Shown here one piece after another: positions 14,452-27,031 of a DNA stretch of 64,000 bases (position 1 is the first letter of the stretch; every line of letters begins with the position of its first letter). The DNA comes from Phyllosticta citribraziliensis (Eukaryota): assembly GCF_038025025.1 (NCBI RefSeq), contig NW_027117342.1, positions 1,860,001 to 1,924,000 of the forward strand, in the 5' to 3' direction. Made by a program: the position numbers and the translations under genes. Below the pieces are notes generated by a model that saw only the letters and a program-made list of their open reading frames with translations, was not told the DNA's origin and searched no databases.

Positions 14452-15710
14452 GGCGGACGGGGTGGTTGGGGTAGAGGGACCGGACGGGGCAACGGGTGGG
14501 AGAAAGGGCGGAGGCGGAGGAGGGCGGCCAAGCCGCGGCGGAGGGCGGGACGAGAGATTGGCCTGGCGGCGGGGCGGCTACATGTAGGTATCAGGGTGCA
14601 TGTGTGGTGTCAGGTGTTTCGAGAGCAGGACGGGAGGGAGTCTTCAGTCTAACGCTGGAATGCTGCTGATGGCTGCAGGGGCTCCCGTCGCGTTTCAGCA
14701 GCAGAGTGACATTCTGGCAGATCAACTCTGTGCGCCATGCATGACGCGCCATGGCCGTTTCAGGCTCTTGATTGTGGCCATTCGCATCCGCTGGCCGGCC
14801 ATCGCGGGCGTATGGTTTGCCCTGGCACTGGCTGCACTAGCTCCTCTGCTCTTCTCCACCTCGACATCCTGGTCCCACGTCCAGGTCCAGAGCCAGTCCT
14901 CAGTCGCTCCACTCACTCTCCTTCGCCTGCATCTCATACCATCCACCTATCCTCTCCACTTGGTTATTTCTCTCCTCCCTCACTCACACACTCTCTCTCT
15001 ACCTCCCTCTCTTCCCCCCTCATCCTGCTCCGCCCGTGAGCTTGCCTTTGCGAGCCGTTTCTTAATCCAGCTTTCGACTCGTAATTCGTCTTCTCCAGGC
15101 CTCGTCCCACGCCGGCACAGGACAGGTCTGTTTATTGCCCACGGCTGCTGTAATCCGCTTCACCCCCACCCCACATCGCGACCGACGCGTTTTTGCCGCC
15201 CGTCTGTCGATTCGCCGTCTGCCTGTCGCTCTTTGACGACCTGGTTGCGCTGCTCTCTGCACAGCCGAGGCGCTGTTCTGTTTTGGACCCTAGCCAGCCT
15301 TGCCAACCAAAAGCCGTCGACGTATCCCGCGCGCCGTCCTCACACCTGCAGCGAGCTTGCTTCCCCCTGACGCTGTCCCGCTGCATCACCCATCCTGCGA
15401 ATCGACCCCCTCAAAACCTCTCGCCCTTTTGTCGTCTGTCCTCGACGGTGCCGCTCCCTCCGCCAGCAGGCCTGTCATTTGTGGACGCGTTCTGTACAGT
15501 CATCCCATCGCCAGAGCTTCTTCGTCGCCATCCGACTCGGCCCAGCACGGCCACAAGACGCCTCGCAACGACATTCGTTTGGCTGCCGCGAAGCTCGTTT
15601 ATTCGCCTCAGCCCTGGTTTTGGTTTTCGAGCGCGCCCCTCCACTCCACCCGCACAGTGGACCTCTTCGATTTTCTCGAGGGCTACGTCCGATTGACCCT
15701 CTAATCCATA

Positions 15711-18700
15711 ATGGCTCCCACAACATCCCGACCCGACCACCACATCAACCTCAACTACCTTCCTCAGCTGGCCCCGAACCAGTCGCGCTCCGGCTCCACT
15801 ACCTCGGCCAACTCGCCCATCGAGCCGCCGACCTCCGGCGCCAACAATGTCCGATACCCGCTGGGTAATGGAAGCAGCATGGGCGGACTTGGCCAATCTG
15901 CCGCCAACGTGAGGATGGGTGCTGGATCTCCTTCACATGAATACGGCGGCAGGTTGTTTTCTAAGCGGTAAGTCATCCAACACACCAACCATGGTTGCCT
16001 CCGTCTAATCATCACACCAGCGCTAGAGAGATACAGGCCCAAGAGGGCCTCAATCCCCAGCTGTGGGGTCCTCCCACGAGCGGTCACTCGACTCCGCTTC
16101 GCGAGACTATTCCAGAATCGCCAAACGGCGAGAGCTTCCCCGACTTCAATGCCGCTGCCGGACTCGAACAAGCTGCGACTCCCACCAGGAGGACTAGGGC
16201 TGGCACTCTACCCTCTCGGTTCTCGACCTCCGGCGTTCTCAACGGCCTCAAGCCGGTAACCTCGTCCTCCTTCCTTCCACAAACGTCCCGACCTACGCCG
16301 TCTACTAGCCCATTCAAACCCGGCTCCCATACCCCCACAGACATGGGTGGATATCCTGCGGGCAACTCAGGGGCGCCTAAATCGGCCATGTTATCGCGTA
16401 TGAGAGCAGGCTCTATGCCCCAGCGTCCTGGCCTTGCTCTTGGCGGTTCAAGTTCGAGTCCTTTCGGGTCTTCACTTTTCTCCTCAAATTGGGGAAGCGG
16501 TCGCGAGCGGGGAAACACTCTCGCAAGCATACGCTCCTCTGAAGGTCCATCCTCTCCTGCACACTCCCACTTTTCCCGCGAGTCCCTGGCCGACAACGAC
16601 GTCAGGACACTGGACTACCTGGGCCTGGTCGACACTCCACAGCAAGCCAGAGCGACTCTGGCACCGTCGGATATTGAAATCATGTTGGAGAATCAGAGGC
16701 AAGCCCAAGCGCACACCAATGTCATTGCAAACTTGGCAGCAATGAACAACAATCAGGCAAATCGTTTTCGATCTTATTCTGTGAACGCCAAGGAAAAGTA
16801 CGCGGACGAGGAGGATGAAGAATTGGACCAGCTCGGTCCCTATGGTCAATACAGTGGCTCTCTTACTCCCACGGCCAGAGATGCTACCACCTACGCAGAC
16901 ATCCAGGATGCTGTTCGCCAGCACAACCTTGAAGTGCAGGCATTTGCCAGCTTCGCCAGGGCCAACCGTCCCAGAGCGAGGACGGCCGGCGTGCTTGAAT
17001 CCCCGTCTACTCGCCTTTTGCGTGGCTATCTCCCCGGATCGTCAAGAATGGACAGCTCTATCAACGCGTCGGACCTGCAGCTCAACGAGGAGCCCGAGTT
17101 TGGTGGGCTGGCCGAGGCGGTGCAAAGTCTTAACCTGAGCGAGCTGAACGTCAACCCTCTCCCAGAAGCTCCGGGCGAAGAAAACACCCTTGAGGGCCCC
17201 ACCAGAGCTTTGTGGCTCGGCAACATTCCATCATCGACGACTGTCTCGTCTCTCAACGTTATTTTCCTGGTCTACGGCTCCATCGAATCGTGCAGAGTAC
17301 TTACTCACAAGAATTGTGGTTTCGTCAACTACCACGACCTGGAGAGCGCCATCCGTGCCAAACAGGCTTTAAATGGCAAGGAAATCTTCCCTGGAGCAGG
17401 CCCAGTCCGCATCGGTTATGCCAAGGTCCCTAGCGCTTCCGGGACTCCTGGTCACAACGGAGTCTACCCCTCGCCTAGTCCTGATCCAACGGCGAAGCTG
17501 CAAGGAAACGGAGCCGCCCAGTCCGCGGCGAATGATGCTAACGCTCAATCTAAGGACTTGAGGACTGATCTCCGCCAAGCACCGCTCGCGACCCCTGTTC
17601 TTTCAGAGGTCCAGGACGACATTGTCCAAATCGTGAAGGAGCTGGGTGCCACTGCCGAGGAAGCTGTCAACATTGCCGCCCACGTTACTCACGCCATCGA
17701 CAACGACGAGTACGAAGCCGAGATCCCAGCTATCCAGGAACCTTCCCACAATCGCGTGCACGATGCCCCTAGGCTCCGCGAAATCCGCAAAAGGATTGAC
17801 AACAACTCTTGCACGCAGGCTGAGATTGAAGATGTTGCCATGGGAATGCTCCCAGAGATTGCGGAGCTGTCTTCGGACTACCTTGGTAATACCGTTGTCC
17901 AAAAGCTGTTTGAGTACTGCTCCGAGAGTGTAAAAGAGGCGATGCTCGCCGAGATTGCGCCACACATGGCTGAGATTGGTATCCACAAGAATGGCACTTG
18001 GGCTGCGCAAAAGATCATCGACGTGGCAAGGACTCCGGTTCTCATGAAGCTGGTTGTCGACAGTCTCCGCCCCTACTCCATGGCCCTCTTCCTGGACCAA
18101 TTCGGCAACTACGTTATGCAAGGTTGTCTGCGCTATCAGTTTCCTTTAAATAACTTCATTTTTGAAGTCATGCTGAGCCGTCTCTGGGACCTTGCACAAG
18201 GCCGCTTTGGCGCTAGAGCCATGCGCGCGTGCCTCGAGAGCCACTTTGCTACCAAGGATCAGCAGCGGATGATCGCCGCTGCCATTGCGCTGCACAGTGT
18301 TCACCTTGCAACCAATGCGAACGGTGCGTTGTTGCTTACCTGGTTCTTGGATACTTGTACATTCCCCCGGCGCCGCACTGTCCTCGCTCCCCGCCTGGTC
18401 CCCCATCTTGTCCACCTCTGCACTCACAAGGTCGCATACCTCACCGTTCTCAAGATTATCAATCAGAGGAACGAACCAGAAGCCCGCGACACGATCCTCC
18501 AAGCTCTCTTCTTTTCCACCAACGATGAGACGCTTGAGGCGATTCTTCGCGACCAGGCATGCGGTGCCACTCTCATTTTCAAGGTGTTGACAACCCCTTT
18601 CTTCGACGAGAAGATTCGACCGGATGTTGTTCAGAACGTGCGCAACGTTTTGTTGCGAATCAAGGCCCAGCCTGCCCAAGGTTACAAGCGCCTCATGGAC

Positions 18701-19455
18701 GAGGTTGGACTTTCCACGCGCAGTGGTGGTCCAAATGCGCGTGACAACCATCTCCGCGACCAGTCACCCGCTACTCGCCCTGGCTCGAAGCAGAGCAACA
18801 TGTCTAGTGGCCACATGCACCAACACCAACAGCCCCCTGCCAACCCTGCTGCGGAGGCTGCGAATATGAACCGTCCGTTCTACTCTCCTGGAATTCCGCA
18901 GGCGCCCTTTGACCCAGCAATGAATCTCCAACGCACGGCCAGCATGGACAGCCAAGGATTTGATCAGCCTGGTTTCTTGCCCAACAACCTCGGCGCTTAT
19001 AACTCCAACCAAAACCTCGCTCTTGCTGCGCAATACCAACAAGCAATGCTTGCTGCCGCGCAGCAAGGCCGCCAGGGTGCTCCCTTTGGCTATCCACCTA
19101 TGGGCGTCAGTGGTGTTCCTGGCATGAACGGTGTCGGGATGAACAATTTTCCGCCAGCGACGGGCGGTCCAGCGGATGCGTACCGTAACAGCCCTCTTGG
19201 TCCCGCGCCTGGCCTGGGAATGGCTCCGGGCTTTGGATCACCTGGGCCTGCTCCAATGATGGGCTTCCCTGGGAGCCCTGTTGTGCCTCCCCAAGGCCCT
19301 TACGGATTTCCACCAATGGGATATCCTGGTGTCCCTCAAATGGGACAGCAACAGCAGCCGGGCCAGCAAGCCGCTGCAGCTGGTGGCCGTCGCGGTAGAG
19401 TAAGTTGATCCTGACCGCTTCAACAAACTGAAATCTAATACAATATCAGAGATAA
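15711..19455 (+). CDS. JSN1: RRM + Pumilio-repeat RNA-binding protein (Jsn1/Puf1-2 type), ~1213 aa
   Basis: Exons 15711-15967, 16021-19399, 19450-19455. RRM (ALWLGNIP...KNCGFVNY) followed by PUF repeats (DYLGNTVVQKLFE, HKNGTWAAQKII, DQFGNYVMQ) and a Q/P/G-rich tail. Confidence 0.92.
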
Positions 19456-20820
19456 CCATGACATGATGCCGCGATCTTGATACCGACTGCCTTTCCAGCG
19501 CCCTCGCAACCGACCAACGAATCTTCCGCGATGGCTTCATCCCACATGTCCGAAAATGGGAAAAATGAGTGTACATTTTTGCGTCTGACCACGAAAAGGA
19601 CTTGAGAGAAATGCTTCGTCTCGCGGTTCAACATCACTACTTTGACTTTTCCCTAGAAATTAGGAAGTCGAGCAGGATGATGCGGAGACACTGGATGTTC
19701 TCCCATTCTCCGAGGGGGTTGCTTTTCTCTCTGCGGCTCAAAGGATTTCATTTGTTCAGCAGTCGCTCGTTACATGGCCATGTCTGGCTGGAAGTAGTAT
19801 TCGGTGTTATGGAGCTTCATCGGAGCTGGAGTTGGATTTGTTGGTCTCGTACCTCTTCTCACACTATGTATCTTGTTCCACCTTCTTTCAAAACCACCTT
19901 TTGCTCCCCTTTCCACTTTCTCTTTCCCTTCTCCTGTATCTTACGTTGATGTGTGGCCAAGAAAGACGACGGAGGCGAAAATGAACGAGGCCATGATTGA
20001 GGGATGGAATTTGCACGCATGGAACGGAGGGATGCCTGGACGAAGTTTTGGGCTCCTCCATCCACGGGGCTAGCCTTTCTCTGACGTAACTTGTTTGTTA
20101 TCTTCTGGCAGTTGCAACACTTTTTTGCTCCCACCTTTTTCCTCTTCGCTTTTGCCTTGCTTCCGTTCTCTGTCATCGTTATACGTTTTGCCCCTTTTGA
20201 ACTACCGCCATGTTTGCACCACTTCAAAATCCAAATAAGCGCGTGACACTATTGCTGGGAATCGGCTTATGGGTTGGGGCCTTGAGCCTCTGTAGAGCGT
20301 ACACTTTTCCGTCCAAGGGTTTTGCGAGCTCTGGTTTCTTCGAGTGATGGGTGCTTTTCCCGGCTTCAAAAAATTCATGTACATTTGGACAAGACATTGG
20401 GTGTTTTCCGGTGTCATAGACTGCCTCCCCGTGATACCGCTTTGTTTTTGCGGAACAGGAAATGTTCGAGCAGCCATAAGACTAGAGCTCTCGGAGAAGA
20501 CGATTCTTAGGGTGCCTACTCAGGCCTACTCAGAAGTAGGACAGCTGAGTCTCGTACTCTGGAGCTACTTCCACGACCATACAAGGTCCACTGCGCGTGG
20601 CCAGCACCCTACTTCTCTTGAGCACATGTGGTGAATAAAACATGGTTCCCTTGCCTCTTTGGAGTCCCGGCCGATCGTCTTAAGCCCTTCACATTAAATG
20701 CACAAGCCGAAGCATTGCCGGCGGGCAGCGAAGCTTCCAGGAGGTCCCGCCGTTGCGTCACGTCAACGGCCGACCCCTCGTCCAGTAATCCAATTGTCCG
20801 ACGACACCAAAACCACAATC

Positions 20821-21774
20821 ATGTTTACCGGACTAGTCGAAGTCATTGGCAGTGAGTCACGCCAGCCCTTTCTTTTGTTCCTCCAACAAACCAACCCCCT
20901 AAGTCTACGTCAATGAAGCGGTACACTGACGACAACGATTCCCCCGCGCAGCCGTCTCCAAACTCGAGAAGCAGGATGACTCTGCCAGCGGCGGCGGCGG
21001 CACGTCGCTGACCATCTCGGGCGCAGACGAGATCTTGGGCGATGCGCATCTGGGCGATAGCATCAGCGTCAATGGTGTGTCTTGAAGTCTTCTCCAGCCC
21101 CCCACGGTCCTCTCCTCCCCGCGCGCATCCGCATCGCATCGCATCCCCAATCGAACTGGCTCGCCGCCAACCACCCGCACGCACCCCAAAAGCTCACAAC
21201 CACCTCCCAAAACACAGGCACCTGTCTCACGGTAACGTCGTTCGACGCGACGTCGTTCAAAGTAGGCGTCGCGCCCGAGACGCTGCGGCGCACCAACCTC
21301 GGCAGCCTGACGACGGGGTCGCGGGTGAACCTGGAGCGCGCCGTGAGCGCGGCGACGCGGATGGGGGGCCACTTTGTGCAGGGCCACGTCGACACGACGG
21401 CGACGGTCGCGAGCGTGACGCCCGACGGCAACGCGCTGACGTTCCGCTTCCGGCCGCGCGACCCCGCCGTGCTGCGCTACGTCGTCGAGAAGGGCTACGT
21501 CACGATTGACGGCGCGAGCCTGACCGTCACAAAGGTCGAGGATGGCAAGGACGGGTGGTGGGAGGTCATGCTCATTGCGTATACGCAGGAGAAGGTCGTC
21601 ACGGCGGGGAAGAAGCCCGGAGATGAGGTCAATGTTGAGGTCGATCAGGTGGGTAAGTACGTGGAGAAGAGCGTTGCTGGGTACTTTGAGGGTACAGCTG
21701 GTGGCGAGTTTGCTATCTTGGAGAAGATGGTGAATCGCCTCGTGGATGAGAGATTGAAGGCATTGGGCAAATGA
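20821..21774 (+). CDS. RIB5: riboflavin synthase, 236 aa
   Basis: Exons 20821-20851, 20952-21074, 21218-21774. Motifs MFTGLVE, GDSISVNGTCLTV, VNLERA, GGHFVQGHVD, KGYVTIDGASLTV. Confidence 0.97.
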
Positions 21775-22685
21775 GGTTAAAGGAGCGCGACTTGGCTCTG
21801 CGAATGGCGTGTCTTGAGCGGCGGCGGCTTCTCTCCCTTCTTGTTTTCACCTTTCCCCCTCTTCCGTCCTTCTAGTGGTCGTACAAAAGCGACCTCTTCA
21901 AAGATGATTTTCCAAGCTCTCAAACGACTTGAATTCCCCAGCAGACACGGCATTTGAGCGGCAACTATGAGCAGTCTCCAACAATGAGTCAATACCTCTG
22001 AAGAAGACCAAAGAGAGAATTCCCAAGGGCACAGTCACTACATTGAAGTCAAAATTAGCCTCACGGTGAAAGGTCTCGCAGCGGTGACCCATCCTAGGAG
22101 ACCGAATGCATTTCAATGCGCGAGTCAAGTCAGGCTCAGACTCAACACCACGCCCACGATACACCACGGACAAGAAAAAGAGCCATGGCTGTCGCTCGTC
22201 CGGCGGCGGCAAGACCCCAAGCCATGCAAGCTCCCAGCCCACGGCGCATACGCCCGAATCAACAGCGCGCTACTCGTCGCGCGGCCAGCGCCTATTGGCC
22301 CTGATGCTTGACCAGCTCATAAGCACGCCTGCAGCAAGGCTACAGCGACAGACGACCCGACTGGGAACCTCAATCGTCGGGCAGAGGCCAGGACGCTGAG
22401 CTGCCCACGCCTATGCCCACGCCCGTCGTTTCTTGTCTCTCTGCCGTCTTTTCTTGCTCCTTTTCCTTTTTCCTGGCTGTCCTGGCGCCGGTCCCCCCAC
22501 TTCTTGTTTGGTGGACTTGTTGGCCCCAATTCCGTTTCCACGTACACACACAACCTCGTACGGTCGTTTTCTGTCGTTTGGTTTAGCGCCGCCCGTTTGC
22601 TATCAACGCCGTTGGTTCATCTGCCACCGCAATCCTCCAATTCCGCCCCTCCGCCGCGCAAGCATTCCATGCGCTCTCCCACGCT

Positions 22686-24843
22686 ATGGACTGGCCGCTC
22701 CTCGAAGTCGCCAAAGCCGTGGAGGAGCTGGCGGCCGGCATGAAAGAGCTAGTCGACGACGTGCGCGAGCACGCCTACGAGTACCTGTCGGCCATCAGCC
22801 GCCTGTTCGCCATCAGCGCCGAGCTGCGCGGCCTGGAGCGCAAGGTGCCCAAGCCCAAATACCGCGCTGCTCTGGCAACCATGGCGCCCGAGATGGAGCT
22901 GCTCTGCGACAGCGTGGGCGCGACCGTCGACACGCTCAGCGTCGAGTTTCTCGGCCTCACGTCACCCAACGTGCGCCGCAATTGGGAGGGCCTCGTGCGC
23001 ATCTGCGTTGACGAGGGCGTCTCGTTGGCTAATCGCCTGGAGCTGTATCAGGATTTGGCCGTTGGTCTCAATGATGTGCTAAAACAGTCGGTGGTTGCGT
23101 TTCTTTTGCCTTCTTCCGGTCTGGGAACTGTTCTGTGAGTTTTGGCTCACCAAACTGCTAGCGACCGCGATCCGGACGATCTCGAACCAATCACAAAGCC
23201 TCTCCGGCGGCTTCGAGCTCGACAAGTGCCCCTCAAAGAAGGTAATGTCATGCCCTCAACTGAGAGGTCATTTTCGTGGAATGAAAGTCTTTCTGACTGA
23301 CGTGCAGCAGGGGGATTGCCTCCACTGGCTGGACCATCACCAGGAGCAAGACCTGGTCCGCTTCCGCCTCCACCTCCAAGATTTGTTCCACGCGCTGTAT
23401 CCCCAGGCGTGAGGCATCACCCGGCCCCGCCGCGACACGGCGGTCAACGTGCCCAAGCACCAGGTATCAGACCGATATCCATTCCACCTCCGCCTCCGCC
23501 CCCTCCGCCGCCTCAACAGCCTGTAGCATCTGGCGTACGCCATCGCCCTGCTCCTCGCCGACGAGGTGGTCAACGAGAAGAAGACCCCATTGTCAGAATC
23601 ATTTCAGATTCTCCTCCACCTCAGCACCCACCTCATCCTCGACGAGGTGGTCCGCATGCAGAAGATCCAATCGTGAGGATCATTTCAGACTCTCCCCCAC
23701 CTCAGCATCCACCTCGCCCCCTCAGATACAATCCGCGACCCCAGTCCCCAAGATTTGGACCAGCTCCTCCTCCGCCTCCTCCTCCGCCTCAACCAGCTTT
23801 TGAAGACCCCAAGTACTTGTACGCCGAGGAGTGGGAAAGCGAAGGATACGTCTACTCCCCGCCTCCAGAGGCAGCGGTACCAATGTCTCCCGCCGTTTCC
23901 GATGCATCTTGGGGAGAATTCCCCTCTTGGCCGCGGTCGGTGACGGTAGAAGCGTCCACCTCTTCGGGCCCGCAGCACTGGGCCATGGATGTGTACGACG
24001 GAAGGCATCCGCTCTCGCCGTTTCGAGGATCGCTTGGTCAGCCAACGAGATGCTTTGGCCGAGATATGCCAGACGCTGTGAACCGATTGTGCGCCGAGGG
24101 CTTCGTGAAAGTCGTCGAGCATCCCTTCGAGGCATCAGAAGTCTTTGTCCGCTTGTACTGGCGGGAGACGGACAATCGCGCTCGAATATTGTTTTTGACA
24201 AAGGACCCGTCAGGAACACGGCATCGCTTCTGCTTCCCATTGACAGCGCTTAAGATCATGCGCGTCGGCGCGTCGTTGCAATTCTGTCGCGTTAACAAAA
24301 ACGACGGCGGCCTTGACCTCTGGGCGGTTCTCCGATTCGCCTCGTCAGAGCGCATGGTCCTCTTCTACTGCACCTGTGTGGCCCTCAAGTATCAGGACCC
24401 GGTCGAGTACGACCTAGGCCAGGACGACTTCTTTGCGCCGCCGGGCGAGGAGCAGCTGTTTGGCGGCGAGATCAAGGACGAAGGCTTGCTGCATGCGCTG
24501 CGCATCTTCCGCGACACCAATTCGGGCTCCGTCCGCTTCGAGGTCACGACGCGCCACGGCCGCTCCAAGAAGACCCCCATCTGGACGGCGTTTGTGTCGG
24601 ACCTCTTGCGCACGCGTGGTTGGCTGCATCGGGTGGATAGTAGGACTGTTGCTTTCAGCAAGCTTCACACCTACGTCTTCTGCAATAATTTCGTGCCGCT
24701 CAGGGGAAGAGGCGGTCATGCTGAGGTCCGGTTCACGTCGACGAGTGGTATGTGTGCTTGCCCATGGTGGTGCGCTCAGCTGACTGACCTCTGTAGATTG
24801 CGACGACTTTCTTTTCGTCATTGGCGAGCTTCTTGGACCGTGA
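22686..24843 (+). CDS. fungal hypothetical protein: helical N-terminus, Pro-rich repeats, globular C-terminus
   Basis: Exons 22686-23086, 23162-23241, ~23311-24747, 24797-24843 with GT-AG introns join in frame. Function not recognised. Confidence 0.8.
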
Positions 24844-25453
24844 GTTCAAAAGGCCGGACCCCTTCTTCCATCTTTGGAGCAATCTCAAAATCAATGGCCC
24901 TTTTTGGATCGTTCGGCAAGCATCGCATAGATAGATACCCCCGGAGTAGCAAAAGCGTGTAGTAGGCTGTGACATGGCGACAGGCAGGAGCAAATGGCAG
25001 GAGCTGGCCCTCGGCTTCGGTATGCGCAGTGATTTGAGTTATTTCCTGATTGTGGTGCCACTTTGGCTGAATTTGTAAGTGGTGAATGCAGAGAAGACGT
25101 CGGTGACTCCTTGCACCACCTCCGACCACCGGTTAGATCCCTGTGCAAATGGATGGTAGCATTAATGCAGTAGCTGGGTCATTCCATGTTGGTGGACTGG
25201 CGTCGATGATGAGATGATCTCGGCTTGGGGCAGCGTGTGGACGAAGACGAGAGCAGATCGGCCGTTGCGTCGCTTGTGTCTTTGTGGCCATCCGCCCTCT
25301 CGACAATTGATTCGCCGCAAAGCCAAGCGGAAGTGAGGTCAATCTGTGAAGTTGTAGAAGAACCAAGCAGCCCGGATGTGCCAGGGACTGGGGGCGGCCA
25401 CGATAATGCCAATAAGGAAGCTATGTGCCCCTCAAATTGCCACCACCACTAGG

Positions 25454-25569
25454 TGGGCGTCTAAATAAATATTTTAGATATCTAAATTAAGTAATTTAAT
25501 AGATACCTAGTAGTAGTAAGATAATTTACTTTATTTAGGTATCTACCTATATACTTAGGGGCTAAAACT
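25454..25569 (+). repeat. left terminal inverted repeat
   Basis: Reverse complement of 60871-60986 with 6 mismatches, all C>T/G>A transitions. Confidence 0.95.
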
Positions 25570-25958
25570 ATAGCAGTTTTATAAGATTATTATATATAAT
25601 ATAAGTTATATTCCTCCTTACTAGTAAGCCTAGTACTACCTAGTAGAATAAGATACTCCTTTTACTCTCTTATATAAAAATCTAGAGGCTACTATTATTT
25701 AGGATAATTAAAGGAATATAGATAATATCTATAGAAATAATAATCTAATAAGAGTCCTCTTATTATCTTATTTACTAACTCTTCCTTTATATACTACCTA
25801 TAATCTAATTATATACTACTAGTACTAATTAAAGGTTTAGTAAAGATAAGTATAAAGTAAAGCCTACTCCTCTAATAACTCCTCTACCTTTTAACTATCT
25901 CTCTCCCCCCTATATATCTCTTACTATTAATAATCTATCTCTTCTTTTATTACTTAAG

Positions 25959-26900
25959 ATAAACTTTATTACTTATAATAATCCTCTATTACTATACCTT
26001 CTAAAAATACCCCTATATCTCTTCCTATCTACCTCTATATACCTAGCCTCTATAATATTACTCCTAGCCCTACTATCCCTAGTACCTATACTAGATTTAA
26101 GATATATATCTACTAGGAGCTTATTAGTATATAACCTACTATAATAGCCTACTAGAGGTAGTATATTTAGAATAATTATAACTCTACTTTACTTCTAATA
26201 AATACTAGAGTATACTAGTACTACTTTATATATTAGGGCCCTACTATATAGCCCTAGAACTCTTAGCCTAGTATTAAGGAGTTTATCTAGTATACCCTTC
26301 TCCTATCTTACTTTACTCTAAGGTCTTTATTACTAATAATTCTATAGTACTAAGTTTTAGAGGAGCCCTAATAATACTCCTAAGTATTACTCTTACTATA
26401 CTATAAATATATATATACTATATAGTAATAAGATTATCCTTTTTACTACTACTAGTATAAATAACTATCTTCTCTATAGCTATACTTATAAGGATACCTT
26501 CTTTAAAATATAGGCTATTAGTAATAATTACTAGGATATTAATTAGTCTAGTAATAATAGAATTATTATTTATTTCTAATAACCTCTTCTCTCTTTACTA
26601 GTAGCTAACTAGTAATAGGCTATAGGTTATAATAAATAATTCTAGATATAGGATATAGTAAGGTTCTACCTTAGTAATAATACTATACTATAGGACCTAC
26701 TTATCTACTTACTAGTTATATACTAGCCTACTAGCTACTAGGGTAATATTATTAATAATAAGATTAGTATAGAGGAAGTTAGAAAAGATAATAGTAAAGG
26801 TATAGTAGTATAAAAATTTTCTTCTAATTTATTATTAGTATTAATAATCTAGCTCTATTTTCTCTAATCCCCCTCTAAGGAAATCCCCTTCCTAGTAATA
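25959..26900 (+). pseudogene. probable second, convergent ORF of the DNA transposon (RIP-degraded, unknown function; end approximate)
   Basis: From ATA 25959 (presumed ATG) 61 codons stay open despite RIP and read as Pro/Ser/Thr-rich when reverted. Intron-like segments follow. Fills the 1.4 kb between the left TIR and the transposase stop. Confidence 0.35.
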
Positions 26901-27031
26901 ATACTTAAAAGGTATAGGATAGATATTAGAGATAAAGAATAAATTAAGTTAGTATCTTTAAATAAATATATTAATAAGAATAATAGTAAAGAATAAAGCA
27001 TTATTAAAGGGTATACCTATAATATTAATAC

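Noticed and set aside
25447..25451. CACTA motif at the left boundary suggesting a CACTA/EnSpm element
   Set aside because: The right end does not mirror it (reverse complement reads CCCCA) and the transposase is integrase-like.
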